DNA from: Klebsormidium nitens
Lineage: Eukaryota > Plantae > Klebsormidiophyceae
Length of the DNA: 64,000 nucleotides
NCBI GenBank assembly: GCA_000708835.1
Contig: DF237058.1
Coordinates: 124,001 to 188,000, forward strand
Direction of reading: 5' to 3'
Shown here in pieces: positions 25,801-38,300 of the stretch. The notes beneath the pieces are model-generated. The model did no database searches. It worked only from the letters and a program-made list of their open reading frames with translations, and had not been told where the DNA came from. The first letter of the stretch is position 1; each line of letters begins with the position of its first letter. Position numbers and translations under genes: made by a program.

Positions 25801-26604
25801 TGGCAAGTGTGACCGCGGTCTGGGCGACCTCCCGGAGGCTGCCATTGCACCCCCGGACCAAGCTGCTATTGCATGGGCTTATGGGGATGACGGCACTGCA
25901 GGTGAGCGGCAGTCTTTTCTTCATCAGCGATGCAAACTATAAGATCAGCGTTGCTCGTCGTTCTAATTAAGGCCGACGGCCTATCTTCGAACCACAGTGC
26001 AATTTGGTCACGGTTGGGGGCGTGCTGCGTAGGTGACAACCCACTCGAAAGATCTGGGTGACAGAGGTCGTGCAAAAGGACCTTTGAGATGCTTTGACCT
26101 GCGGTGTAATTGCATGTAAGCTTTCATCCGCACATTGATCGTGTCTGAGATGAACGTCCTTGATCGTCGTACTAGCAAAAAGAGGATTTTGGATGAATAC
26201 ATACAAGTGGGTGCTTCTTGAAGCGTAATCAGAAGAGGCTGCTTTGTAAGTTTTGGTGTTCATTGTCCGACTCATCGGAAGACTGAGTCTCTCTGTTTTC
26301 CCCATTACGTGCAAATCAGAGCCTTCTCGCCGTCCCTCTTCTCACCCTCACTCGCTCAGGGATGTGCTGCCTACGTCATGCAACTGTCATCTCTCATCCG
26401 CAGGTAACCCTTGGCGTGTCGACTCTTCTATTGCACGTGCCCGTGTCTCTGGGGTCAGCCCACCAGGCGGGTGCTCTCACTCTGTTTACGATCGTGCTCA
26501 CGCTGATGCACTCGCTGCGGCGGCCGCGGCCGGGCGCGCTCAAAGCTGCTGCGGAAACGCTAACGTCACGGCGAGCGTCAGCGGGGACGCTGCAACCCAC
26601 ATAA
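22829..26604 (+). CDS. COX15: COX15 heme A synthase with probable mitochondrial presequence, 6 exons, 535 aa
   Basis: Exons 22829-23520, 24016-24241, 24874-25119, 25374-25484, 25770-25901, 26404-26604. Motifs GGVTRLTRSGLSMTDW, FIYWMEYAHRMWGR, WMVKSGL, VSPYRLAAHL, SLGSAHQAGAL. Confidence 0.95.
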
Positions 26605-26759
26605 AACTAGGAGCTCCGCGTCTGAGGTTCGAGCAGAGGTTCGTATTGGCACCGCGCAACGGCATTCCTGGACACATTTGCCGTGTCAGAATATGCATGA
26701 AAGGTTCAATTTTGATGACGTTTCAAGGCACTTACCATCACGTGCGTCCAGTCAAGTAA

Positions 26760-27700
26760 AACAGGCCGCGTGTGTCTAGTTGCATGCGGGTTGGATTTTG
26801 AGCAGGCCTTCATGCAGTTTGCATGACACTTCCGACCATGTTTGCGCTAGCAATCCAGGACATAAGCCTATGCTTACTTCCAGGACATAAGCCTATGCTT
26901 ACTTCATGCCATGTAAGTCCCGTGTTGATGGCGCCCACCTCTGTCGTTCGCGCACGCATGCCACATATTCTCTGCATGTAGCCGGACCGTCATTGAGTTG
27001 CCCAAACTTGCATTGTCGGCGGCGACCGGCGGCCGCCTCATGGCTTCATGGAAGATGAAGCGATTCCTCAAGGAACACAGTCGTAAAAAGCTTGAAGCGA
27101 CGTCCGGCTGATTTTATTGGGAGAGGTGAGAAAAAACTGGGTTCGCAGTCATGACGAGTCTTCTAACGGCCACGCCTGTGGCATGGCAAGTTGAAGAATT
27201 CTATATACGTTGGCGCGATCTCATGGAACATGTATCGCACATGTTCTTCGTTCGCAACGCGTTCACAACTAGATATGACTCCCACCTTCCCGGCATGGCA
27301 TGGGGCTAGGCTAGAGCTGCCGCTGCATCTTAATTGCAACGTCGGATCCGTCGATCGGATCTGTGCAAGCAATTGGATCGACGGACTGATTCCATGGCGG
27401 CACCGGCGTCATATTTAAGCGGCCGGCCTGCATGTGCGTTAGCTAGCTACTGCATGCCAGGCTACGCAGTGAACAGCAAATCATGTCAAAATATCCGACT
27501 GAGTCGGCCTTCATGATGATCATGCTGATCTGGCATCACATGTGCATGCATCATGGTCGTGCTGCAATTAATCCGATCAGTTCGAGTCATGCAAAATGAA
27601 TCGTGGGGATTATATCCTAATGCATGAGTTGCAGATGGACATCTGGTGCAGCGTAGACACGGCAATGTTTGCAGATCGTAAACTGCAAGCGAAATCGTGT
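26760..27700. other. Palindrome/hairpin-dense intergenic island between convergent 3' ends
   Basis: ggcggccgcc 27028-27037; gaacatgt-atcgc-acatgttc 27226-27246; tagctagcta 27440-27449; ccgact-g-agtcgg 27495-27507; many CATG. Confidence 0.55.
26855..26904. repeat. Perfect 25-bp tandem duplication
   Basis: ccaggacataagcctatgcttactt occurs twice in direct succession. Confidence 0.95.
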
Positions 27701-27735
27701 AGTATTGTTAACTGTACTAATATACTACGATTTTT

Positions 27736-30700
27736 GATCTTTAAGATGGTAGATAACAATCGGCAGAAGTCATGCAATTAAAAAATCGGGTTCTTCTTGA
27801 AATCACAGCTGGTCATAATTTGTATCACTCATGGACGCACGTATTAAGTCGACAAGACATCTTGAAACATCCTTCTTGATCCAACCACCCTGAAGCTTTG
27901 AACGATGGTCCTCAAGTCGACCATTCCAAAAGTTAGGGCTCGTAATCCGCCCAAAAAAGACAAGCGTCAGAGTGGCATCAAGCGGCTTTTTAAATAGTTG
28001 AGTTCCGTTTTTCGTTCTTCCTCGTTCTCATTCAGGGTGGAGAATCCAAAGTCAAGAAAGAACACCTTTGACCCGACCACAACCATGTTCTCTAGCTTGA
28101 CGTCGTTATGCCTCACGCCTAGTCGGTGGATGCTTTTCAAGGACTTCACGGCCTCCAATTTTTGTCGCACTGACATGGTCCCACGGGCAGGATGATCCCC
28201 TTCCAGAAATTCGGTAATCAACACCCACGTCCCAAGATTTGGACAGAACCCAAATGCAAGCAATTCAGGGACTGTTGTGCCCCACAAGGGAGTCAAGCGC
28301 AGGTAGATGCCGTGCTCGTTTCTCAACTCGTCATCGTCCGGATCGACCGTCTTTACTGCTGCCAACCGACCTTGAAAGCTGCAAAAGAAAAGACTTTGTA
28401 TGCGCCAGGTTCAGAGAACCACGTTTATTGTCTTCTAAAAGGCTCATCTCTCGAAACTAAAAATCCCGCAGGTCCTCTCGATCCACATTAGGTTTGGGAC
28501 AGTTTGCCGCATGAAACCATCCACCGCTAGAGGCATGCAATTCAGAAAACTGCATCAAACTCTTTGGTACGAAACCTTGCCGTTTGCTTATCGTAGAAAT
28601 AAGTAAGTCAACGGAAACTCTTCTTGCTTACCTGGCCTTGTAGACAGTTCCCGATCGGCCCCAGCCGATATCCGCCCCTAATCGCAGAGACTCTCACGAA
28701 ATCGTATTTAACGTCCCCGTTGGTGACGTGCCTAACTGCCCGGTAGCTTGCGACCCGCCTTTCGTCGACCTTACTGTCCGATCTCTTAGGCGAGTGGAGG
28801 TGCGCCGCTTAGTTAGCGACGCGTTAGAAGTGGGCGACAGGGGTCGAGACCTTCTGCCAAGCAGTGGGGTGGTTACGTCTGTTGGGGCATTGGTGCGGTC
28901 CGTGCTAAGTGCTGGGGGGTCGACTGAGGGGCGGGACTGGAGCGCGAGAAAGTTTTGACGGATGATATAGTAAATTACCTGCAGGTCGTTCGTAGTATGT
29001 CAATCGGCAGCCGAGTCTTCAAAACCGACAATATTCTCCAATGATCAAGAGACGACACTGGTTGATTCGATATCGAGTTGCTTCGCTGAGGCTTTGCTGT
29101 AAGGCCAAGTTTTTGTGACAATATAGCACAAGGCGTCCAAAACGAAGAGTTCACCAGGTAACAGCAAACCACCGGCTACCGTCTGATCAAGTTGTACGCT
29201 TGCGCCGGCATGATCGTAGATCTTTAAACAGGAACTTGTCGCTATTGAACGCGCGGAACTTCTTAGAGCAGCACACTGTACGAGGAATTCCGAAGTTGAA
29301 ATGCAAAGCGTGTGGAATGATGCCGACCAGCTTTTCTCATGCACAAAAACTGCCCAGTGCTTTTGAGCGCCTGATGCCTGGAACAGTTTTGGACGTACAA
29401 CGATGACCTCACCATGACGATGGTCGGTGACGACTGGTCATAGGGCAACGCCTACGAGATCTTGAGTTCGCCACTTCCGGGGTCTTCGTATAAGATTTGA
29501 TCTTTAAGATGGTAGATAGCAATCGGCAGAAGTCATGCAATTAAAAAATCGGGTTCTTCTTGAAATCACAGCTGGTCATAATTTGTATCACCCATGGACG
29601 CACGTATTAAGTCGACAAGACATCTTGAAACATCCTTCTTGATCCAACCACCCTGAAGCTTTGAACGATGGTCCTCATGTCGACCATTCCAAAAGTTAGG
29701 GCTCGTAATCCGCTCCAAAAGACAAGCGTCAGAGTGGCATCAAGCCGCTTTTCAAATAGTCGAGTTCCGTTTTTCGTTCTTCCTTGTTCTCATTCAGGGT
29801 GGAGAATCCAAAGTCTAGAAAGAACACCTTTGACCCGACCACTACCATGTTCTCTAGCTTGACGTCGTTATGCCTCACGCCTAGCCGGTGAATGCTTTTC
29901 AAGTGACTTCACGGCCTCCAATTTCTGTCGCACTGACATGGTCCCACGGGCAGGATGATCCCCTTCCAGAAATTCGGTAATCAACACCCACGTCCCAAGA
30001 TTTGGACAGAAACCAAACGCAAGCAGTTCAGGGACTGTTGTGCCCCACAAGGGAGTCAAGCGCAGGTAGATGCCGTGCTCGTTTCTCAACTCGAGCACTT
30101 TCTCCTCGAACTCTTCATCGTCCGGATCGACCGTCTTTACTGCTGCCAACCGACCCTGAAAGCTGCAAAAGAGAGACTTCAATTGCTCGAGTTGCAACGG
30201 ACCAGAATAGTTGCCGTCCAAAAGCCTCATGTGTAGAAACCAAGGCCCCGCAGGCTCTCTCAATCCACGTTGGCTGTGGGACGGTGTGCCACACGCGAAG
30301 CTATCCACCGCTGGAGGCATGCGATTCAGAAAGCTGCATCACATTCTTTGGTACGAGTTTCAGCCGTTTCCTTATCGAAGAAGTAAGCGTAATCAACGAA
30401 AAAGCAACGAAAAACCTTCTTCCTTACCTGGCCTTGTAGACGGTTCCCGAGCGGCCCCAGCCGATATCCGCTCCCTGCAATCGGAGTGACTCCCACGAAA
30501 CCGTTTCTAACGTCCTCGTTGGGGACGTGCCTAAGTGCCCGGTAGCTTGCGAACCGCCTTTCGTGGACTGTGCAATCTGTTCTTTTATGCGAAGGGAGGT
30601 GCGCCGCTTGGTTAGCAATTCGGTAGGATTTGGCGGAGACCTTCTGCCGAGCAGTGGGGTTGAGACGTCTATTGGGGCGTTGGAGGGGTCCGTGCTTAGT

Positions 30701-31279
30701 GCTGGGGAGTCGACCGAGGGACGGGAGTGGAGCGCGAGAAAGCTCTGACGGATGATGTAGTACATGACCTGCTAGTCGACAAAATGGTGTCAGCTGATAC
30801 AGCAGCTCAAATTTCAGATCCCGTAGCGGCCTTGAATAGACAAGAGACGACTCTCGTTGATCCAGAATTCAGATGCTCCTCTGTGAGACCAAGGTTTCGC
30901 GGCAATATTCGTGCGAGGCGTCTGAAATAAAGAGGTCGGTAGGGAACAGCAAAATACTGGCTACCGGTCTGATTCAATGAGTTCGCTGGCGCCGGCGTGT
31001 TTGACGACCTTCAAGCACAACTCTGTGGCGACATTTTGTGCAGTACATTCCGGATTTTGTGCAGTACATTCTAGAAAGGCTCGAAATGAGTTGCAGAGCG
31101 TCTGGACTGCCGACCAGCTTTTCGCGTTCACAAAAGCCGCTTACAACTTGTGAGCGCCTGACGACTGACAACTTTCCGACGTCCAACGATGACCTCACCA
31201 TGACAATTGTCGGTGACGGCTGGTCATAGGGCAACGCCTGCGAAATCTTGAGTTCGCCACTTCGGGGGTCTTCATATAA
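27736..31279. repeat. Direct tandem duplication, ~1.76-1.78 kb unit, junction near 29495
   Basis: gatctttaagatggtagat at 27736 and 29499. Homology continues to gtcttc(g/a)tataag at ~29494 and ~31279. Confidence 0.95.
27967..29494 (-). pseudogene. Protein kinase gene copy 1 (5'-truncated, nonsense mutations); terminal kinase exon open
   Basis: Exons 29413-29494 (TAG at 29452-29454), 28632-28978 (TGA at 28694-28696; ends IGWGRSGTVYKA), 27967-28378 (AAVK, HNDVKLEN, DFG; 21-nt in-frame deletion at 28330/28331 relative to copy 2). Confidence 0.85.
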
Positions 31280-31373
31280 GACGACGTAGTATGCGAGGCA
31301 GGCGACTAAGCCCCAAGGAACGTGGTACATATGCATGTAGTCCAATTCTTGCAGAAGCGCGCTACAGAAGTCC
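29729..31373 (-). pseudogene. Protein kinase gene copy 2 with upstream nuclease-like segment; +1 frameshift before the catalytic loop
   Basis: Open exons 31199-31373 (LLQELDYMHMYHVPWGLVACLAYYVVLYEDPRSGELKISQALPYDQPSPTIVM) and 30428-30768. Terminal exon starts at 30162 and has one extra base near 29904 (gtcacttg vs gtccttg), shifting HNDVKLEN/DFG out of frame. Confidence 0.8.
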
Positions 31374-31499
31374 CTGTATAAATGCGTGTAGACTTGCAAA
31401 TAGCAATAAAGCAATAGGTCGATCTGCAGTGCGCCAACGTGGTTGGTTGAATAACACTGTACGTCGTTCAAAACTCCACAGGTCCTGAATGTCGGGCCA

Positions 31500-34230
31500 T
31501 TTCTTTATGAGACGATGCCCTCAGAGAAGCTGTCGTTAACAGCGGGAGGAACAAAAGGACCCTCGATGGAGCATTAGTAGACAAACTGGCTCATATTAAG
31601 CCAGGGCGGTCGCCTGAGATGAGCGGACTGAATGTTCGTTCAAGCTTTCAAAGTCTGATCTCAAAGGACCCTGCATGAGCTGCTGTTCAAAAGTCTGGGC
31701 TACAAGGAGACACGAAACAATTCTGCCATACAAAATGCTTGGCTTTGACAAGTCAGAAGTGTGTGACTGCAATGTCTCGTCTCAACACAAAACATCGTCC
31801 AGGCTCAGTGTTGGATTCATCAAATTCTACACTTACAAGTCAGCATCGTACTGCTCCAAAGTGTCTGGAAGAGTCCCCCGCCTCCAGAAGCCTGCGACTT
31901 CAGGCCTCTTGCCTTCAAATGCTGAGATAACATCCTTAAGACCATCACTGCATGAAGAGAAAGTGATCAGGGGTCGAAAATGGACAGGAAACTGAACCCT
32001 GAGACAGAGTTGGACCTTTCGAACGAAGGGAATATACCTTCGAAAGCGAAGGGGGCTGATTTAAGAAGAAGCACAGCCGCATTTGACAATGTTGAATCCA
32101 GATTTTGAAGAAACTTGAATGCTCTCTCGAATTGACAGCAACAGCGGCGTTGTATTACTTCCCCAAACCTCCCTGAAAGCTTCGAGAAAAACCTTGCATG
32201 CCTCCAAAGTCAGTCCAGGAGTCCCTGAAACGCCAATCTGTTAACTTCTTCAAGCTCTAGTTTTTCTGGTCCGTTGTTGGCAAGTGGAAATACATTAGCT
32301 GCAGAGCATCAGAGTCAAAGAAGACCCGAACGTGCGGAAAGGCCGGCTTTGCGGCTTACCTCCTAGAGTTACTTGCAAGACGTACAACCGTAAAAGCTGG
32401 TAATCGCTTGGATTCGTCTAGTCTCAGCTGCCTTTGCAAGTGGACCGGAAGGCTGTAAATTCGGCAATTCCGAAGGTCCAGTATGTCATCATGTTCCAGA
32501 AGCTGCACATCAACAGGCACAACTAAAATGTGAGATTTGGTAACACGAGGGAAGCTAATCCGAAGGCAGTCTCGTCAACCAGCTTTGGTCCAAGCGTAGG
32601 AATATGGAGGGCTATCCTTCGGGCTTTGGCGTCAATAATCAAGGAGGACAACAGGCAGGTCGTTTGCTCCTCGAGTCCTTAGGGTCAAGTGTCCATTGTC
32701 ATGGACGATGAGCTCTACAACTTTTGGATGCGCACCGTGCTTGAATCAACAAAATCCATGCAACCTCAACGAGTCCACCCAGAGAGTAGCCTAGCAAGTA
32801 GCACGAATCGATAATAAGGATAGAGCACTGCAGGCTTTTTACAATTTCAAACTTACGACAATTGATCTGAGACAGACCCCACAAACGGGCATTGGCTTGC
32901 CTAACCTGATTCACACAGTCGATGACGGTCCTATTTATCTCGGCGTTTGTGCTCTCCTCAGATCCACATGGGTTCGCCGAACGGAACGCCATTGGGCGAT
33001 AGCGGCACCATTCCCAGCGCCGAAACTGCTTCATGTATGTCCTTACTTCGGGGCATGGATCAAATCCTGATCGAACCTGAGGCCGGCTGCACTTAAAACA
33101 AGTCGGGATGTTTCATGAGTCGAATACTGAACAGTTGAAAACTCCCTCCAAGCTACCTAGATCATGCAAGGACGGCCAAGGAAGGCAGGAAGCAGATACA
33201 GTTCCTGTTCAGAAGCTTGATAAAGCGATAGAGCATGGGATCAGACCCTCTCTTTTCATTGCAGGGAGCTGTTCCCGGATCTGGTCAACAAAGAGTTAAA
33301 CCAGGCGGTCAACCTTGGGTTCTACATTGTTTGATCGTCAAAACCGAACAGTATTAAACATCAAGATTTGGTGGTCTTAGAGGCCTAGCATGTCTCTCCG
33401 GGTCCATATATCGCATTCGACTTCTACTTCAGGCACGGAGTAGCTTAGTAAGACGTACTTTGGTCTGGATTTCTGCCACCCGTCCAAAAGTTCCTTCTTG
33501 AGTGGCTATACTCACTCTGCCCCAGGCCAACTGCTTGAGCCTGAATCGGCTGACCCTTCAATATACTTAGGTGGGATACTGTTCAGCAACTCCCAGCAGG
33601 TGACCAAAAGACTTCCTGCAACAATTTGTCAACATGGGGCCAAAATGAACAGCTGCTTCTCTAATCCGACGGAGTAAGCTGGAGATACATAAGATTACAG
33701 TAGAGTTTTGCAGGGAAGAATGCAGAGGATAGCAGCAACAGGAGGTTTCCAACCTTAACCCAAAGAACCATATGCAATGCCGCTTACGTCGAAGGACCAG
33801 AAGAAGGCAGGTCAGGGAAAACACGAGAATCCATGGTAACCACAGAAGCAGCTCCATTTCTAGCTGTTGCAGCTGCTGAGGTGCTGTGGTCTCCTACTTT
33901 GCGGATTTCAGGTCAATATTATCTTGCTTCCATAGCGGAGCACAATCTTAGTTAGCTGCTAACTCCAAATTCGCTTGACAGAACTTTGCTTTATGAAGCA
34001 CCGCTGTTTGCTGAAGTGTTGACCAAGCTGGCGCCTTCCCTCCCCCTCGTTTATCCTCACCCGCCCTAATAAACCTTGGACAGCCAATCCGCTCGCTAGC
34101 TTCGTGTATACTTAACAAAAAGATGTCTCCTGCTCAGCTTCAAAACTCTTCCCCCTGCAAGGCAGCCCTTCTTCCAACTCTAGCCCCATGATCCCTGGCT
34201 AGCAGCTCTAGATCCAGGACCATCGCAATG
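31500..34230 (-). pseudogene. Probable decayed coding sequence of unknown family
   Basis: Long minus-strand frames with few stops (about 190 codons with two stops over ~33570-34130, including ORF 33567-33857), plus a splice-flanked open segment near 32360-32500. No recognisable motif. Confidence 0.25.
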
Positions 34231-34235
34231 CTGTG

Positions 34236-34264
34236 CCCAGCGATATTATAATAATATAGCTGGG
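34236..34264. repeat. Near-perfect 29-bp inverted repeat with AT-rich core
   Basis: cccagc-g-atattat-a-ataatat-a-gctggg. Confidence 0.8.
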
Positions 34265-34322
34265 TGGCGGCTTTTATAGTCTCTTTTAATCACGTATGGT
34301 CCGCCGGTTTACTCGTCCCGCT

Positions 34323-34392
34323 TTGGCGTTTCGAATCGCAAAAGGGAAACAGCGGTTCCGTTGGCGTTTCGGATCGCAAAAGGGAAACAGCG
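34323..34392. repeat. 32-bp direct repeat, two copies, 6-nt spacer
   Basis: ttggcgtttcg(a/g)atcgcaaaagggaaacagcg at 34323-34354 and 34361-34392, one mismatch. Confidence 0.9.
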
Positions 34393-35340
34393 CCGGAACC
34401 GCAGCGTCACACCAAACTGCCGTTTTATACGACCGCGTGCCGACGTTGGACTAGATATGGGCTTATAAATAGGAGAAAAGACACCTTATATCGGCGCCAG
34501 ATACTCTGGTTGCAAGCTTGCAGAATCCAGGACCACTGCAACGCGGGTGGTGCCCAGCTTTGCACACATTCTTGAGGCTGCTCAAATGCTCTTGTTTCGG
34601 ACCTAGAACAGATGAAGGGTATTTGAGCGATTACACCACCTCCTGTGATGGCTGCATCATCCTCCTGCTGCGCTTGTCAAAGCCTTTCTTTCTGCAAATT
34701 TCTAGCGTCTCGCTCCCCGACCTTTGATCGGCTAGCCAAATACTCCTTCCTGCCAGCATTCACTCAGCTTCATTCTGCGGCTGGTGTTTTTCACAGCAGG
34801 CCAGCCTTTTGCCAGCACTTGTCTCGGAAACTTGCCCGCCAGAGCAAGGTTACGAGTCCGAGTCAGGACAGCCAATTGTCAGACTTGGCAGCTTGGAATG
34901 CACGAAACATCTTGGAAGCGGAACCTGAGCCTGAAAGTGCGGGGAGACCTCTGGTTGATGCTTCGGCGGCCCCAAGACAGGAGCGTAAGCAGGCAATCAG
35001 AGCATTTTCATCCTCAAACTGACTGCGACTGCGCCCATCACACAATGCTGTCAGTGATACGTACTGCTTGAACGCCCACTCGATGCATTCGCTACCATGC
35101 GCCGGAATTCAATCACCATGGTGTGTTTGAGACGGCTCTAGCGTTCGCCTCTTTGTTCCATTCAACTCCTTTCAGAAATTTTTTGTGGCCTTTCAAACCA
35201 GTGTCTAGTCCACCCTCACTCGTTATACGGACCTGCATACATCTGGGCATAATCACCAGGGATTGATTGACAAGAAAGGCGTTCTTCATTTCCCTTCAAC
35301 CCAGACACTTACATCAGGTAGGAAGCTAATTAGAGAAGCA

Positions 35341-38300
35341 ATGGAACTCGCTTCTATGTGTGGTTTTACTGAAGACTGGACAACAAGCAGTGTCATTTCG
35401 TCTGCAGCTTTGAGCGCTCACACAGCCTCTACAGCGCCCATGTCAGCAACAGCTTCTGCATGTAGGAAGGCAGTCTGGATATGGACCCAAAGCAAACAGG
35501 TGTTCACTGCCGCCACCGAAGCTGGCTTCAATCACCTGGTGTTTACGGGGTCGGATGAAGACCAACAGCTTGCAAAGACCTGGCAAGGTGGGGTTTCAGC
35601 TGTAGCTTTGATTCAAGGGGCTGCGCACAGCCACCCCTGAAGTCCTGCTTGTCACTGACTTGTTAACCATTAAAATCAGAGAGCCGACTGTCCTTTTTAC
35701 ATTTCAAAGAGCGGAAACGTTGTTTTGTTTGTTGTGAATGTCGAGACTGGTTGGTGCAGCTGCCCATACAATACTGCATGGAAATGATGCAGGTTCTTTG
35801 GCAGCCTGCCAATAACTCCCCTGAAGTTACTAATTCTCGAGACTTCATCTCGAAAGCTTTTCTTGCCAGCCCACTTGCTATAAATCTAATCGACCAGAAT
35901 ATATTGTTTAAAAGCCTCTCAGTCAATTTTTCTCAATTGCAATGCTACTGTGCTTGGTATCAGCCCTCTCATTGCAGCATGTCATATAATATCCTCATGT
36001 ATCTTGTTGGAGGTCGTCGATCTAGCATTTTTTTCCCGCAGGCCTCGCCAGTTTCAAAGCCCTCTACTGCCTGGGAGGGGAGTTGAGGAGTGACGTTGGC
36101 TCGCTTGAAGCAGTACTGCATCCGATTGCGAACCCAGGCGAACTGGATGCTGTCATAGCAGCCGTTCCCACGATTGCGTTTCTAGGATCGACGACCATTG
36201 TTGAGTTCGTAGACTGGAAAGTGAGCCCCGCAAACTTATTCTCCTGTGCACGCCTTGTTCAGGCAGAACGGCTTCAATTTCGACCCCACCGGATTGTGTG
36301 CAAACCGAACAACGAAATTGGCGGATCGACAACAGAAGTTGCGCTCGTCGATAATTTGCGAGTTGCTCAACACCTTTCTAAACAGTGTCAGATGCTCCGC
36401 CTCACTGCTCCATTTCACCTCTCTCACAGCCTCCATTTCAAACATTCAAATATCTCGAGGCAAAGCAACGAATTCTCAGTAGCTTTAGTATCAGGCATCT
36501 TTTTAAGGTCTAGACGACTTGAAACAAACCTCCACGTTTCACAATCTTTTTTGTTCCTTCATCCTAGGTGATTCCAGCAGAAAACTTGGTCGCTGCGTTC
36601 GACGGACATCCGGGCCGACTGTTTGCGGTTGCAGATGGTGCGCAAGACGCCATAGTCAGTTTCGAGGTGGGTTATCGAAAACTTACGAGTGGGTTCGCTC
36701 GCGACTTTGAGCTAACCTATGGCGCCTTACCGTTAGGGTGTATGTAGGACGTTTTCGATTCTTGATCATGTGGGCTACGAACGCCTTCCTGGATCCGGCC
36801 GTTGCAAGCTCGTTGTACCAAGCCTCGAAGAGCATCTCTTACGTCGTAGCCAACTTCGGGAGCTCTATTCGCTGCTGTACGTCCCTCTTTTGGCGGTGAA
36901 AATAGAGGCACTGGAAGAATGAACCCCGGTTGCCCAATGAGAAACTTCGCACTCCTTTGTGGCTCCGTCATATGCCGTTTCATTCTCAACCAGCACGACT
37001 ATCCGGACGGTTGGCATTCGCCTGACCACTCTCCAGATTGACAAGGAAGAGTTAAGTGGTTGCTTTGCTTCTGTTCAAAGCTTCTGTCACAATCAGGGCC
37101 GACAGTTCTGCAGGCATTGGAGCGCGGAACGGACGGAGTGGTGCTTCGGACGGAGAACCCAGCCGACGTCTTCGCAATCAAGGTGGGCGTGTCATCTGTT
37201 CGTTCCTCTGAACTGGTCACGGTCACACCCAAACAGTGGAGTTGTAAGTAGCAATTTGAAGGATCTCCGAAGACACGATGATCGGGCGTTGCACGAAAGA
37301 AGCAGAAAGTAGCAACACTTGCGTCCTTGCTTTTCCCAGATCCACGTCTTTGCGTTCTGGTATTTTCTTGTCTAAGCCGGAGAAGCCAAATCGAGAACCC
37401 GTTGTCTCAAATCACCATTTCGCAATCCAGTCCTACCTTGACGCACAAGTCAAGATGCTTTTACAAGTCGATCCACGTGTCAGAAGCTGCTTGAACCATC
37501 AGCATCCACTTCTCCAATGCAGGAGTACGTCGACCGGCGTGCAGGGGGCGCGAGCGTTCCCCTCGTATACGGCCACGTGACCAGGGTGGAGCCAGTCGGG
37601 ATGGGCGATCGCGCGTGTGTCGACCTCTGCTCGCTGCTCAAACCGGGGGAGGGGATGCTGGTCAGTCATCTCCGTCTTTGCCCAGCATCGTCCCGCCTTT
37701 CGAAGAATGACTTGAGTAGGTAAACAGGTAAATTCGGTCAAACAAGTTGGGATTTTCAACACACGTCCGATTTTGAGCTTGAAAATTTCTAGACAGGATT
37801 CATAAGCTTCCACTGTATCTGTGGCCTTGTGGCGACCGAGTGAAACCCACCTTCTCGTCAAAGACGTCGTGAACCACGTGAACGGTGAGGGTTAATCAGG
37901 ATTGAGGAACTGATCCGCATTCGAACATTTCATGTACGAAAGAATAAGAAATTGGAGATTTCTAGAGGAGCCGTCAGCGCAAGTCTCGATGTCTCCCACG
38001 AGATTTCTGCTGCGAGTGCTTTTCAGAGTCTTTTTGAACTGCAAATAACAAGTTTTTTGCTTGGGCAGAACGTGCTCTTGACGATCCGAGATTTTGCAGG
38101 TGGGCTCGTTTGCGCGCGCACTGTTTCTGGTCCATTCCGAGTGCCTCGAGTCTAACTACGTCGCCAGCCGGCCGTTCCGAGTCAACGCGGTGAGGACTCT
38201 CAATATACTTTGCCCCTGAACCGAAAGTGTTGTTGAGTCGACTAGTTTTTGGGGATATGTCTCACGGTCCTTGTCAACGCCCTTTTAACAAGCTCTGGCT

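Noticed and set aside
34323-34392. CRISPR-like direct repeats (also the 43075-43610 array)
   Set aside because: Only two copies with a 6-nt spacer; the other array is copied exon sequence; eukaryotic context with no cas genes.
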